This document shows positions 9,740-20,596 of a stretch of DNA of 64,000 bases, piece after piece. The stretch's first letter is position 1, and each line of letters begins with the position of its first letter. Below the pieces are notes generated by a model. That model was not told the origin of the DNA. It made no database searches and saw only the letters and a list, made by a program, of their open reading frames with translations. The translations under genes and the position numbers were made by a program. Source of the DNA: Polyangiaceae bacterium (GTDB lineage Bacteria > Myxococcota_A > Polyangia > Polyangiales > Polyangiaceae); NCBI GenBank assembly GCA_965222375.1, contig CBDCTZ010000014.1, positions 32,001-96,000 of the forward strand, in the 5' to 3' direction.

Positions 9740-11092
9740 TCAATGCGCGTGACTCGCCGCCAGCGCCTCCCAGCGCTCGCGGTCGCGGCGTTCGCCCAGG
9801 GTATCGCCCACTTCTTTGCGTAGCTCGGGTACACAGACGACGCGCACTTCTTCTTCGTCCAGCATGCTAATGGCACGTGCCACTTCTTCTAGAGATGGGC
9901 CCGGCGGGATCACCAGTACGCCGCTGACCACCGAGGCGTCGGGCAGCGCCTCGTGGGACGCTTTCATGTCGTGGTTTTCACCGCGAATGCAGCGCTCGCA
10001 GACATGTTGAATCGACTCGTCGAAGACGTAGAGAGACGCCTCGCCAGGTAGCTTGTCGCCGGCGTCTGCAACCGCGCCGGCGCGGGACTGCTGGGCGCGA
10101 AACGGAAAGCTGCGTGTCCCGCCGTCGCGCAGGGTCATCAGATAGGGCAGGCGCGGCACTTGGTGGCCGTCTTGCTCCGCGAAACCAACCGGGGCGCGAT
10201 CAAAAAGGACCACGTCCCCTAGGGAAACATGCACCGGATACATCGGCGGATTCAGCACCACTCCGTGACAAGGGCTCAAGGTGCGCACCCAAACATGTTC
10301 GAACTGAACCGGTCCGGAGCCAGGATGCTGCGCGCCGATGCCTCCGGTAGAAAGTCGCACCTTCACGTCCCCGATGGAGGCTGCAGGCAGGTCGTCATCT
10401 CCACGCTTCGGCTCGAAGCCCAAGCGCTGCCAGGCGTCGACCGCGCTTTCGAAGTCGCCGGCGGCCGTGGCGCATACAGCGAGGTTGTTCAGGGTTGCCG
10501 CGTCGTCTTCGTCGGTTTGCGCGTCTACGCGGTGGAAGAGCTCGAGGGCTTCGGCAAAGCGGCCGCGCAGTTTGTGAAAGAGTGCAAAGTCGAACAGTCG
10601 CCAGGGCTCGTCGGGGGCGAGTTCCAATGCCCTCTCGAAGGCACTCGCAGCTTCCGCGTCGTATTCTGGACCGGATAGGCGCAGGCAGTTGGCGAAGGTC
10701 AGCCACAGCTGCCCCCCACAATCTGGATCCTGGAGTCGCTCGTCGTCGCCCAGAGTCTGCATGCAGCGTCGCAACTTGCGCGCTGCCGTGATGGCGGGGT
10801 CGTCCTCGGGCACCGGCTCGTCGCCCGCGCGGCCATCCACGATTTCGCGCAAGATGTTGCTTCCCAGATCCGTCATGAAGGGATCGGATGTGTAGGCATC
10901 GAGGATCGCTTCGACTTCACCGCGCTGGTCTTCGCCGGTCTCTCCGTGGTGCACGAGCATCAACCAGTGCCAAGCCAGACCCGAGTGTGTGACCACCTCC
11001 GGCCAGTGGGGACGAACCAACCTCCAGGCTTTTTCCCAATCCCCGGCCTTGGCCGCTTCTTGGGATGCCTCGCAGATGTCGTCGAGCGACAT
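9740..11092 (-). CDS. TPR-containing protein
   Basis: AFERALELAPD, GRFAEALELF, TLNNLAVCA TPR-like repeats. Confidence 0.75.
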   Translation of the reverse strand: MSLDDICEASQEAAKAGDWEKAWRLVRPHWPEVVTHSGLAWHWLMLVHHGETGEDQRGEVEAILDAYTSDPFMTDLGSNILREIVDGRAGDEPVPEDDPAITAARKLRRCMQTLGDDERLQDPDCGGQLWLTFANCLRLSGPEYDAEAASAFERALELAPDEPWRLFDFALFHKLRGRFAEALELFHRVDAQTDEDDAATLNNLAVCATAAGDFESAVDAWQRLGFEPKRGDDDLPAASIGDVKVRLSTGGIGAQHPGSGPVQFEHVWVRTLSPCHGVVLNPPMYPVHVSLGDVVLFDRAPVGFAEQDGHQVPRLPYLMTLRDGGTRSFPFRAQQSRAGAVADAGDKLPGEASLYVFDESIQHVCERCIRGENHDMKASHEALPDASVVSGVLVIPPGPSLEEVARAISMLDEEEVRVVCVPELRKEVGDTLGERRDRERWEALAASHAH

Positions 11093-11158
11093 GACTTTAG
11101 GGTCAGGGAGAACGCGGCTCAGATCAACGCCCCACGACGGTAATCTTCACGAAAGTCG

Positions 11159-12226
11159 TCATGGACCCACGCCGTACAGGACTTTCCACGCATCTTCGAA
11201 CACCCAATTGCCGCCTTGTTTGGGAGAAGCACCGCCTGCCTGCGTCGACGAATGCCCGTTGCTGCTCGACGCTGACGTGATCAGCCGGTGGCTGCCGCCA
11301 TATGGGGGCGATGCGCCATCGATGGATGTAGGTGTGCCCACAAGCTTGAGAGCCTCGAAGGTTTTGAGGTGCCCGGAGTGTTGCGAATCCGCCGTGTGGG
11401 AGAAGGCCCAGAGCCTGTCCAGGCTGGTGATAGACGACTCGCTGAGCCATGGCTGATTGCTGTCCAAGGGGCCGGACAGCATCACCGCCCGATGTACCAA
11501 GCGGTTCTTCGCGATCACTCCCGAAGTGCTCGCTCCATGAGAAATCCCCGAGATGATGATCTGGTTCCAACGCGGCTTGCCGCTATCGATGAAGTAAGTC
11601 CAGTCGCCTTGCGGATTGTTCGCGGCCAGGTACTCGAGCCCCTTCACGACGCGAGTCTCGATGCTGTCAGGCGGCTTCACTTCGATGAAGGAGTGATGAT
11701 CCACGCCTTCAAAAGCTTCGAGACGACAGCCGCCGATGTCGCTGCCACAATTGGCGACGCCGTAGCCGCTTTCGTAGCAGGGCGACATTACGTGAAAGCC
11801 GAAACCCGCGAGCAGCTTGCCGTGATCTCGCGAGCCGCATGTCGAAGGGGTTCCCGCGCCGTGCAGGTACACGACCAACAGACCCTGGGGTTCGACGCTG
11901 GTGTCCAGGTAGCCCAATTGGGCGCCCAGCACGGTCTTGGCCTGCGGGTCCGCGTCGTCGGGCTTGAACTCGAAGTCGTAGAGTTTGCTCTCGGAGCGAT
12001 CCACCTTGGGCCCCGTCGGCCCCGCGTCCACAGCGCCGCCCGTGCCACCGCTGCTTCCCCCCGCGCCGCCCGAACCGCTTGCGCCACCGGTGCCCGTCCC
12101 CGCTGAGCCCCCCGAGCTGGAGTCGCTTCCCGCGTCTTGCTTCGGCGGACCACCGCCGCTGTCGTCGGAACCGCTACACGCCAGCGCTGACAGGGTCAGC
12201 GCGTACACGAACACAGGCCGCATCAT
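11159..12226 (-). CDS. Alpha/beta-hydrolase-like lipoprotein (BPSS1187-like)
   Basis: Lipobox ALAC, LVVYLHG, GISHGA nucleophile elbow, FSHTAD, late GH. Confidence 0.75.
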   Translation of the reverse strand: MMRPVFVYALTLSALACSGSDDSGGGPPKQDAGSDSSSGGSAGTGTGGASGSGGAGGSSGGTGGAVDAGPTGPKVDRSESKLYDFEFKPDDADPQAKTVLGAQLGYLDTSVEPQGLLVVYLHGAGTPSTCGSRDHGKLLAGFGFHVMSPCYESGYGVANCGSDIGGCRLEAFEGVDHHSFIEVKPPDSIETRVVKGLEYLAANNPQGDWTYFIDSGKPRWNQIIISGISHGASTSGVIAKNRLVHRAVMLSGPLDSNQPWLSESSITSLDRLWAFSHTADSQHSGHLKTFEALKLVGTPTSIDGASPPYGGSHRLITSASSSNGHSSTQAGGASPKQGGNWVFEDAWKVLYGVGP

Positions 12227-12346
12227 GCAGGCGAGCGTAATACAACCCGCGACTGCGACCAGGGCTGACGTTGACGGGCCAGGATTGTCCTTCGCTTTGC
12301 GCTCACGTGCCCGACGCTCCGTGCACTTTGCGCTCCGTGTGCGCGC

Positions 12347-13045
12347 TCAATTCTTGTCGATGGCGCAATGGCCGCCTTCGCAAACTAGCTTCTTCGGCGG
12401 GTAGGCTGGCGCACACTCGAGACACGCGGTGCCCGGATCACAAACCAACGTATCGTAGGAAGGCGCGCCACCGCTGACGGCAATAAGGTGCTCATCGTCC
12501 ACCGGTCCACCGCACTCACAGCAGGCGTTGGTCCGCACGCGGCAGTCCGAAGCCCCCTTGCACGCCGTGGACTCGTGCTTTTGCAGGTCCACCACCACGC
12601 AGCTGCCACCGCGACAGGTTGCCAGTATCGTGGGATCCTGGGGCATGAAACAACCCGGGCAGTCTACGAGGGCGCACTTGTCGGTCGCGTACTGCTTGGC
12701 GCCGTTCTGGTTCAGCGCAATGGAGTCGTCTCGGGTCGCGGCGCCACAAGAGCCGCAACAGCTCTCTGAGCGAAGCACGCAATCCGACGGCACTTTGCAG
12801 CTGGTCCAATCGCTCGGCACGCCGCCGGTGCCCGCAGCGTTGCCGCTGCCGCCACTGCCCGCCACATTGCCAGTGCCGCCGCTCGCAGAGCTGCCGCCGG
12901 AGCCCCCGTTACCTGACGTTGCACCGGACCCGCCGCCGCCCGATGCCCCACCGGCGCCACCGCTCCCATTGATGCTACTGCTACCGCCACAGCCTGCGCC
13001 CACGACCAGCGCCAAGCCGCCAACCCATGTGAATCGTCGAAGCAT
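12347..13045 (-). CDS. Cys-rich lipoprotein with two C...SDC...CC..C repeats
   Basis: Lipobox GAGC, Gly-rich linker, duplicated Cys module. Confidence 0.8.
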   Translation of the reverse strand: MLRRFTWVGGLALVVGAGCGGSSSINGSGGAGGASGGGGSGATSGNGGSGGSSASGGTGNVAGSGGSGNAAGTGGVPSDWTSCKVPSDCVLRSESCCGSCGAATRDDSIALNQNGAKQYATDKCALVDCPGCFMPQDPTILATCRGGSCVVVDLQKHESTACKGASDCRVRTNACCECGGPVDDEHLIAVSGGAPSYDTLVCDPGTACLECAPAYPPKKLVCEGGHCAIDKN

Positions 13046-13354
13046 GCGCGAAGCGTAGCACCGAAAACGCCGGCATCCGTCAAGCGTCCAAAGGCAGATG
13101 ACGCCGATCAGCGGCGCCAGCTCATCGAGCTGGAGGACCACTTCCGCCGGCAGTGTCCGACCAGTAACTCGGCTTTGCCTACTGACGACCGCTTCGCCGA
13201 CCCAGGCAACCGCTGACGAGCGCGTCCGTCACTCCCGGCGTGCTGTCCCGTGAGCTGAGTGGGTGGTTTGGGTGGGTCGAGCGATGGGGCGGACGTGGTT
13301 CCCTAATCTCGCTCTGCTGCGCCGGTTCGCGCAGCGTGAGTACGCGCGGCGGAG

Positions 13355-13591
13355 CGCGTGCCGCCGCGATGTCGGGTGCGCCTGCACCGCGTGCCGCCGC
13401 GATGTCGGGTGCGCCTGCACCGCGTGCCGCCGCGATGTCGGGTGCGCCTGCACCGCGTGCCGCCGCGATGTCGGGTGCGCCTGCACCGCGTGCCGCCGCG
13501 ATGTCGGGTGCGCCTGCACCGCGTGCCGCCGCGATGTCGGGTGCGCCTGCACCGCGTGCCGCCGCGATGTCGGGTGCGCCCGCACCGCGTG
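13355..13591. repeat. Intergenic tandem array, 7 x 33 bp plus 6 bp
   Basis: Unit cgcgtgccgccgcgatgtcgggtgcgcctgcac; six identical copies, one substitution in the last. Confidence 0.97.
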
Positions 13592-13765
13592 AGGCAACGC
13601 GGGAGTAGCGCAGCAGTGCCGCCCCAAGGATGCGACCCAAAAACAAGATCTCAGCCAGCGCGGAATCAGGCGCTCAGAACCCACACGGTGCCCACCCGCG
13701 AGTTTGGGTGGGCAGTGTGCGGGTCAGGTCGGTCGGCGGCTAGCGCAGTTGCGTGAGTTTTGGGC

Positions 13766-15001
13766 TCACTGGCAGGTGGGCGAACTGAGCCCGGCGTTTT
13801 CGCAGGGGGCTGCCCTGTTGAGGTCGTCGGCGAGAAGGGCCTCGAGGGCAAACTTCAACCGGCAGCTCACGCTCCCCGGATCCACGTCCCATTTGAACAC
13901 TGCCGGGGACCACAACGACCCGCAATCTCCCAGGCAGCCGTCGCCGCCGACAGCCTTGTATTCCACCGGGCACACGTCTTTCATCACGCTGCAGTACAAC
14001 GGGCATGGGTTGGGGTCACCGCAATGGTCGTTGGAGTTCAGCCCCGACGGGCCCGCAAGCGAGCAGCTCTCGGGATTGGCTTGGGTAGGATCCGCGGGCA
14101 ACTTGTCTATCCGGCAGGCCACGCTGTCTGCGATCAGATCAGCTGGAGTGGAGAAGGAGCCGCGAGGGATCCGTTCACAGATCGCCAAGCAGTCCGCGTA
14201 GCCTGGATACTGCGCGTTGGCGGTGCCACTGCATAGATCCATCGCCAGGCGGCAGTACTGCGCGCAATCTGGTTCGTAGTTGACGCCTGGATCTTGCTCC
14301 AGGCACTTGGCCAGCTCGCGGATGTCGTTCACGCAACTGCCTGGTTTCGACGGGAACGAAAACACCGGATCCCCTGGGGTCTGGCACTGCCCAGGTTCGC
14401 CCTCGATGCAGTTGGCCATCACGGTAGTCATTTGTGGATGACACCCGTCGGGCTCGCACTCCTCAGCGCATTCCCACACTCGAAGTAGGCCGTCCTTGTC
14501 GACTAGGTCGCAGGCTTGCGTACGGGCAATGTCGCAATACACGCCGCATGGGCTAGTGCCGCAGAACTGCGGGTCGACGACTCCAAACACCGCAGAGGGC
14601 ATGCAGCCAAGGCCGTGCTCCTTGTCGAGAACGCCGCACAAGCCGTTGGGCATACAACAACCGTCTAGGCTATCGCCACCGGGTCCGGGCAGGTCGCTGC
14701 ACACGGGGTCGTCCGAGCCCGGGGACCCCAGCGGCAGACACACGTCGTCGTACTTGGGCAGCTGGTATCCACATAGGTCTTCCGACCCCCGCGGGCCATC
14801 GGGATAGTCGAAGCAGCAGGCGGGCTCTCCGGATGGCCCGGCTTGGCAAGTTGTCGTGCAGTTTCCGTCGCCGCCGATGCCGCCGTTTCCGCCTGTGCCG
14901 CCCACGTCATCGACTTTGTCGAAACTCGACACGACGCAACCTGCCGCCACGAGTGCTGCTGCCAACGGCGCGAGGGCTCGAGTCCACCTGCTGCGTGCCA
15001 T
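13766..15001 (-). CDS. Cys-rich lipoprotein
   Basis: Lipobox AAGC; repeated C..YC......C and SV.CR motifs; start overlaps upstream stop. Confidence 0.8.
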   Translation of the reverse strand: MARSRWTRALAPLAAALVAAGCVVSSFDKVDDVGGTGGNGGIGGDGNCTTTCQAGPSGEPACCFDYPDGPRGSEDLCGYQLPKYDDVCLPLGSPGSDDPVCSDLPGPGGDSLDGCCMPNGLCGVLDKEHGLGCMPSAVFGVVDPQFCGTSPCGVYCDIARTQACDLVDKDGLLRVWECAEECEPDGCHPQMTTVMANCIEGEPGQCQTPGDPVFSFPSKPGSCVNDIRELAKCLEQDPGVNYEPDCAQYCRLAMDLCSGTANAQYPGYADCLAICERIPRGSFSTPADLIADSVACRIDKLPADPTQANPESCSLAGPSGLNSNDHCGDPNPCPLYCSVMKDVCPVEYKAVGGDGCLGDCGSLWSPAVFKWDVDPGSVSCRLKFALEALLADDLNRAAPCENAGLSSPTCQ

Positions 15002-16059
15002 CAGAAGCTCCCCCGAAAACGCACGCTGCTGGGCCCAACGTAGATGTCCGTGGTTGTCGCCGTCGCTTCTTCCTCGCCACCGGTCAATAGCAGCGTGAGG
15101 CCCGCCCCAACTCCGACTGCGCCGACCACGAAGCCGATGGTGGAGATGGTGCGCATCGAGTTGAGGCTATCCACGTCGTCGTGGGCTTGGGGACTGCATT
15201 TGTCGCCGTTACAGAAGCCGCTGTCCTCTAGATCGCTCTTCTTGCCCATGGCGATGACACCGGTGATGGTTCCAGCGAGCAGGCCGGCGCCACCGACGCC
15301 GAGGGCCACGTAGGCGAGCGTGTTGGAGCTACCGCTATCGCCGGTGTCGACGGCGGCATCGGCGCCGCCGCTACTCGGTGGAGGCGTGCTTGGGGGCGGA
15401 GCCGCTTCTGGCCTCGGAGTGGGGGCGACAGCTGGCGCGGGCGTGGTGCCGGTAGCCTTCGGGTCGAACTTCAGCTCGATAGACTCTTTGCCGGCTTCCG
15501 CCAACTGCACGTCGCGCTTCTGCTCTTGGCCGTTCCAGGTGGCGACTACGCTATGGCCGCCCGGATCGATGGGTTGTGCAATGCCAATCAGTGCGCTGTC
15601 GATGGCGACGCCGTCGATGGTCAGTTGCACTTCGGATGCTGGCGCACCGCTGACGCTCACGACCAGGTTCGGGATCTTGGGTAGCAGCTGCTGGCGCTCC
15701 AGAGCGGCGTCTTTCTTCGCCTTCTCGTGGTTCGCTCGATTGGTTTCCGGAATTGGCAGCCGCGTGGCTTCGAGGAAGCGCTCGGCAGCGGCGACCCACT
15801 TGCCGGTTTTCATGAGCGCGCGGCCGGACCAGAGCCCCAGAGTAGGCGCTTTGACCAGCGCGTAAGCGCGCTCGAGCTTGTCCGAGGCTTCGGCGTACTT
15901 GCCCGCCTGGTAGTCCTTGACGCCGGCGAAACCGATCTTGCGCGCGGCCGCGACCTTGGCGCTATCGCTCTGTGCCGCCGCCGGCGCGGGGGCGGAAATG
16001 AGTGCCGCGCAGATCGCAGCACCCAGCAGCCAGATTTTGGTTGTGCGATTGCTTCGCAT
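15001..16059 (-). CDS. TPR + PEGA-like secreted/membrane protein
   Basis: Signal peptide, TPR helices, IDPGGHSV PEGA-like strand, Gly-rich hydrophobic helices, C-terminal RGSF. Confidence 0.85.
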   Translation of the reverse strand: MRSNRTTKIWLLGAAICAALISAPAPAAAQSDSAKVAAARKIGFAGVKDYQAGKYAEASDKLERAYALVKAPTLGLWSGRALMKTGKWVAAAERFLEATRLPIPETNRANHEKAKKDAALERQQLLPKIPNLVVSVSGAPASEVQLTIDGVAIDSALIGIAQPIDPGGHSVVATWNGQEQKRDVQLAEAGKESIELKFDPKATGTTPAPAVAPTPRPEAAPPPSTPPPSSGGADAAVDTGDSGSSNTLAYVALGVGGAGLLAGTITGVIAMGKKSDLEDSGFCNGDKCSPQAHDDVDSLNSMRTISTIGFVVGAVGVGAGLTLLLTGGEEEATATTTDIYVGPSSVRFRGSF

Positions 16060-16108
16060 GGCAGAGGGAAATTACACGAGCGGAGCCGTCCCTGCTGACT
16101 TTTTGCGG

Positions 16109-17482
16109 CTAGAGCAAACCGTCCTCGGTGATTGGCACTTGTGGTGTCGGTTTGCTGGTTGGTTTGGGCGTTGGCGCCGCAGGTTTTGATGTGGGTCGAG
16201 GTGGCCTGGCGGGCCGCGGAGTTCTGGGCCTGCGCACAGCCTTGGGTTTCGGCTCGGGTGGTTTCGCGGCGCTCTTCTCGTTACCAGCCGGCGCTTCAGT
16301 GACACCGGCGTCCCCCGTCGTTGGCTCCGTCGCCGATTCGGTCGTCGGTGGCGTGACCAGGTCGGTGGCTGGTGCCGTGCTCGCTTCCGGCTCGGGCTGG
16401 GTAGACGTCGCTACAGTCGGCACATCTCTGGTCATGTACCAGTAGCCGCCAAGCCCCGCGACCAACAATAGCCCTGCCACGCCAAGCACCAACAAGGGTA
16501 CCCATGCAGACTTCTTCGGAATGGGGTCCAGCGTGCGGGACAGCGGCTGGTTGGTTGCCACGAACGCAGGCGCGGACTGCATCATGGGGCGAGGTCCGGC
16601 GGCGCCAGCAATTGCGGAATCACCACCGCAAATGGCGCTGAGCGCTTCAGCCGCGAGCTTCGCGCTCGCGAATCGCGCCGCGGAGTCTCGATTGCAGGCC
16701 GTGGCAAACCACTCATCGAAGCCCTCGGGCACAGGTCCAGCCTGGGACGGAATCGGAAGTGGGTGCGCGCAAATCTTCATCAGCAAGTTCCCGAGGGCGT
16801 CGCTGTCAAAGGGCCGAGTGCCGATGAGAACCTGATAGGCGATCACGCCCATCGCCCAGATATCCGTGCGGAAGTCGAGTTCACGATTCCCCTCGGCTTG
16901 CTCCGGGCTCATGTAGTACGGCGTGCCCATCAGGGCCCCAGTGCGAGTGCTCGCGCTGAGAGTGCTTCCCGGGGTGGGTTGGAACTTGGCGATGCCGAAG
17001 TCGAGGACCTTCGCGACTAGCTCGTCGTCAGCATAGGTGAGAAACACATTGTCGGGCTTCAGATCGCGATGCACGATCCCCGCTTCGTGGGCGCGACCCA
17101 CCGCGCGCGCCATGTGGGTCATGATCTTCGCGAGTTCTGCGGGCGCCAGGCGCCCGTCACGCTCCAAGCGGTCCGCCAGGCTTTCGCCTTGCATCAGCTC
17201 CATGACGATGTACGCCATGGCTCCGTCGACGCCGTAGTCCAGGATTTGCACCACGTTTGCGCTTCGAATTGCTGCGGCCGCCTGGGCCTCGCGTGTGAAG
17301 CGTTTGGCAATGTCTTCGGCGCCGCTCAGTTCCGTATGAATGAACTTGATGGCGACATCCGCTTTGAGAGTGAGATGCTCAGCGCGCCATACCTCGCCCA
17401 TTCCGCCGTGGCCGATGCACTCCGCGAGCTTGTACTTCTCGGCCAGCACTAGGCCCGGCTGCAGCCCCAGGTCTTTCGCCAC
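16109..17482 (-). CDS. Membrane Ser/Thr protein kinase
   Basis: GHGGMGEV, VAIK, HRDLKPDN, DFG, GTPYYMSPEQ, TM, Pro-rich tail. Confidence 0.95.
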   Translation of the reverse strand: MAKDLGLQPGLVLAEKYKLAECIGHGGMGEVWRAEHLTLKADVAIKFIHTELSGAEDIAKRFTREAQAAAAIRSANVVQILDYGVDGAMAYIVMELMQGESLADRLERDGRLAPAELAKIMTHMARAVGRAHEAGIVHRDLKPDNVFLTYADDELVAKVLDFGIAKFQPTPGSTLSASTRTGALMGTPYYMSPEQAEGNRELDFRTDIWAMGVIAYQVLIGTRPFDSDALGNLLMKICAHPLPIPSQAGPVPEGFDEWFATACNRDSAARFASAKLAAEALSAICGGDSAIAGAAGPRPMMQSAPAFVATNQPLSRTLDPIPKKSAWVPLLVLGVAGLLLVAGLGGYWYMTRDVPTVATSTQPEPEASTAPATDLVTPPTTESATEPTTGDAGVTEAPAGNEKSAAKPPEPKPKAVRRPRTPRPARPPRPTSKPAAPTPKPTSKPTPQVPITEDGLL

Positions 17483-17783
17483 GCCTCAGGATAGCTGAGG
17501 CTGCCGTGCCGTGCGAAAACTCGTGCTGCATTGACGCCATCAATGCTGCGGATCCATTGAGTTTTGGGGGGGCTTGCGCCGGATCCTCGAAGCCGACGGC
17601 TTCGAGGTCACGGAAGCCAAGGGCGGGAAGCCCTACTCCGTGGAGGTGCGGCGAGCCACGGTTCGCGAACTATTGCGCTACTTGGTTGGCCTCGCGGCAG
17701 GCGAAAAAACCGGACGATTCGTGACGCGGGCGGACTGTCGTGCGACAATCATGCTGTTGTTGGGGCCTTGAGCTGAGGTGAAT

Positions 17784-19346
17784 ATGAAACGGTTGAGTGC
17801 CTCCATTGCTTTGACAGCTTTGAGTCTAGGTGGCTGCGGAGTGGATCTGGATCCTGCGCCGGCGCCGCCAACCTCCAAGCAGAAAGAAGCCATTGTCGGC
17901 GGCGTGGACGATACCGGAGGCGGGGCGCACCCGGCGGTGGTCATGATCACGAGCCCCGCCGGGGCATGCTCAGGCGCTCTTGTCGCGCCGAACCTCGTGC
18001 TGACGGCTCGTCACTGCGTGTCCCAGAACGTGACCCAGGGGATCGGCTGCGACATCTTCGGCCAATCCCAGAATGGCGACCACGTTGGCAACGACTACGT
18101 ACCGTCAACCTTGAAGATACGCACCGGGGTCAATCCTGGTTCGGCGGTGGCCGCCGGCAAGCAGTTGTTTCACCCGGCTGGCAAGAACCTTTGCAATAAC
18201 GACGTCGCTCTCATCCTGTTGGACAAGAACGTGGCGGGCATCACCCCGCTCGCGATTCGGCTAGATTGGGGGCCGCAGATTGGGGAACTCGCCACGGCGG
18301 TGGGCTACGGCGCGATCAACGACATTGGGCAGGGCTCGGGCAAGCGCCGCCGTCGCACCAACGTGCCGGTGATTAGCTCCGGCCAAGATTGGAATGAGCT
18401 CAACGGTGCAGGTGAGGTCTCGGTGGGCCAGTCGGTTTGCACCGGTGACTCCGGTGGTCCGCTGATTTCGCCCAAGGGCGCCGTCATGGGCGTAGCCTCC
18501 CGGGTTTCGCAGTGTGCCAACCCAAACGCGCACGCGAAGTACGCGCGCGTGGACTTTCAGAAATCGCTTATCCAGCAGGCTTTCGCCGCGGCGGGCGCCA
18601 CCCCGAAGTTGGAGCCCGGCCCCGCGCCGCCGCCCCTCGTCAAGAAGGAAACCGGCCAGTCGCCCTGCAAGACCGGCGCGGAGTGCCAGTCGAACCTGTG
18701 CAAGCAAGACAAGGGCTACTGCTCCAACTTCTGCGCGGCGCTGCCGTGCCCATCGGGCATGTGGTGCGCTGACGGAACGGTCAACATCAGTGGCCAGACC
18801 ATCACGGACAAGTTCTGCCAGCCCCTGGTGGGCACATCGGCCTGTGATTCGTGCCGCCTTACGAAGTGCATCAACGTCGCCACGACCTGCAACAACAACG
18901 CGGCCTGCAAAGCCTTGCTAACTTGCGCGGACGCCTGCACCGACGAACCATGCGTGGACGGCTGCAAGGCCGCCAATCCAGGCGGCGTAACCGACTACGA
19001 CAGCGTTGCCTTTTGTGCCTGCAATACCAGCTGCAAAACCGACTGCGGTAATCAGTGCTTTGGCGCCGCGGGTGCGGGCGGTGGCGCGGGGCAGGCTGGT
19101 AGCCCAGCGACCGGCGGTGCGGGGGGAAGCGCGGGCTCCGTCGGTGTGGGTGGCACCCCGGGCTTCGGCGGAACGCCCGGCAGCGGCGGAGGCCTACCCG
19201 GTGGCGCGGCGGGAACGCCGGTGACTTCGGATTCCGGGAGTTCCGGCGGCTGCAGCGTTTCGACGCAATCTCGGAGTCGCGGCTGGCCGGCCCTGCTGAT
19301 GCTGGCGCTCGCGGGCCTGCTGTCGTTGCGACGCCGACGAGGCTGA
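17784..19346 (+). CDS. Trypsin-like S1 protease lipoprotein with MYXO-CTERM-type tail
   Basis: IVGG, LTARHC, DVAL, GDSGGP; ends SGGCSV...TM...RRRRG. Confidence 0.92.
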   Translation: MKRLSASIALTALSLGGCGVDLDPAPAPPTSKQKEAIVGGVDDTGGGAHPAVVMITSPAGACSGALVAPNLVLTARHCVSQNVTQGIGCDIFGQSQNGDHVGNDYVPSTLKIRTGVNPGSAVAAGKQLFHPAGKNLCNNDVALILLDKNVAGITPLAIRLDWGPQIGELATAVGYGAINDIGQGSGKRRRRTNVPVISSGQDWNELNGAGEVSVGQSVCTGDSGGPLISPKGAVMGVASRVSQCANPNAHAKYARVDFQKSLIQQAFAAAGATPKLEPGPAPPPLVKKETGQSPCKTGAECQSNLCKQDKGYCSNFCAALPCPSGMWCADGTVNISGQTITDKFCQPLVGTSACDSCRLTKCINVATTCNNNAACKALLTCADACTDEPCVDGCKAANPGGVTDYDSVAFCACNTSCKTDCGNQCFGAAGAGGGAGQAGSPATGGAGGSAGSVGVGGTPGFGGTPGSGGGLPGGAAGTPVTSDSGSSGGCSVSTQSRSRGWPALLMLALAGLLSLRRRRG

Positions 19347-19390
19347 CACAACCCCCAAGGTGATGCGAGCGTGATGCCTCTTAGCGGGCG

Positions 19391-20596
19391 TCACGCACTC
19401 AGGGAGCGCACCGCCCGCTTGGGAGAGAAGTAGAAGGCGACCGCATACAAGCGCGATAGGTTCGGCTTGGGCGCCTTACCCTTGGCCATCCTGGAAAACT
19501 GCGCCTGGTACCAAGCGCCCTGAAGCAGAGGGTCCAGAGTCTTGTTGCCCGTTGCGAGGCGGACTTGGCGAGCGGCTTCGCTCCGGCCGCTGAGCAAACG
19601 TGAGGGCAAGTCGGGCTCGGCGGCCAATGGGCGCGCCATGCCCACCATGTCCAGCGCACCGCTGGCGAGCGCGCCCTCCATGCCGGCCCGACTGCGAAAG
19701 CCGCCGGTGACAAGGAGCGGGACCTTGCTCAGTTCCCGGACTTTTTCCGCGTACTCCAAAAAGAAGGCTTCTCGATTGCGCGTGCTCTCGGCCCTGGGTT
19801 CATCAAACATCCTCGCGGATTCGTAAGTGCCACCGGAGATCTCGAGCAAGTCCAGGCCCTCAGCGTCGAGCGCGCGCACCACGGCCAGGCTCTCTTCTTC
19901 GTCGAAGCCCCCACGCTGAAAGTCCGCGCTATTTAGCTTGAGCGAAAGTATCGCCTTTTTGCCGATGGCCTTTCGCACGCGGCGCACGATCTCCAAGATG
20001 AAGCGACGACGTTTTTCCGGAGTGCCGCCCCAGTCGTCCGTGCGCAAGTTGGTCAACGGGGACAAGAACTGGCTGATCAAGTAGCCATGGGCGGCGTGGA
20101 TCTGCACACCGTCGAACCCGGCTTCGACCGCCAGCGTTGCCGAGCGCGCAAAGCGCTCGATGATCTCTTCGATTTCTGCCGGCTGAAGGGCGCGGGGCAC
20201 GGCAAACGCACCTTTGACCATGCGCACAGGGACCGCGGAAGGGGCCACGGGTTCTTGAGTCAGCGTTCGCGGGCTCTGCCGGCCAGGGTGATTCAGCTGC
20301 ACGATTGCAAGCGTGTCGTCCTTTCGAGCCGCCTCGGCCCAGCGTCGAAAATCCGCGAGACGCTCTGCGCCTTCTAGCCAGATGTTGCCCGACTCTCCGA
20401 GGGCCCCGGCGTCGACCATCACGTTGCCAGTGATGAGCAACGCGGCTCCGCCCTGGGACCAGCGCTTGTACAGGCGCTCGTGGCCGGCATTGGGCGTGCC
20501 GGTTTTGTCCGCGAGTCGCTCGCTCATTGCACTTTTTGCGATGCGGTTCTTGAGCACGTGTCCGGAGGGGAGGGTGAGGGGTTGTTCCAGGGTCAT
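19391..20596 (-). CDS. NADH:flavin oxidoreductase (old yellow enzyme family)
   Basis: NRIAKSAMSE, QLNHPGRQ, GFDGVQIHAAHGYLISQFLSP. Confidence 0.93.
   Translation of the reverse strand: MTLEQPLTLPSGHVLKNRIAKSAMSERLADKTGTPNAGHERLYKRWSQGGAALLITGNVMVDAGALGESGNIWLEGAERLADFRRWAEAARKDDTLAIVQLNHPGRQSPRTLTQEPVAPSAVPVRMVKGAFAVPRALQPAEIEEIIERFARSATLAVEAGFDGVQIHAAHGYLISQFLSPLTNLRTDDWGGTPEKRRRFILEIVRRVRKAIGKKAILSLKLNSADFQRGGFDEEESLAVVRALDAEGLDLLEISGGTYESARMFDEPRAESTRNREAFFLEYAEKVRELSKVPLLVTGGFRSRAGMEGALASGALDMVGMARPLAAEPDLPSRLLSGRSEAARQVRLATGNKTLDPLLQGAWYQAQFSRMAKGKAPKPNLSRLYAVAFYFSPKRAVRSLSA

Noticed and set aside
13100..13220. Coding-like fragment (DQRRQLIELEDHFRRQ) upstream of the array
   Set aside because: Too short, with no start or recognisable family
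13355..13591. Possible CRISPR array (33-bp repeats)
   Set aside because: Repeats are head-to-tail with no spacers and there are no cas genes in the window
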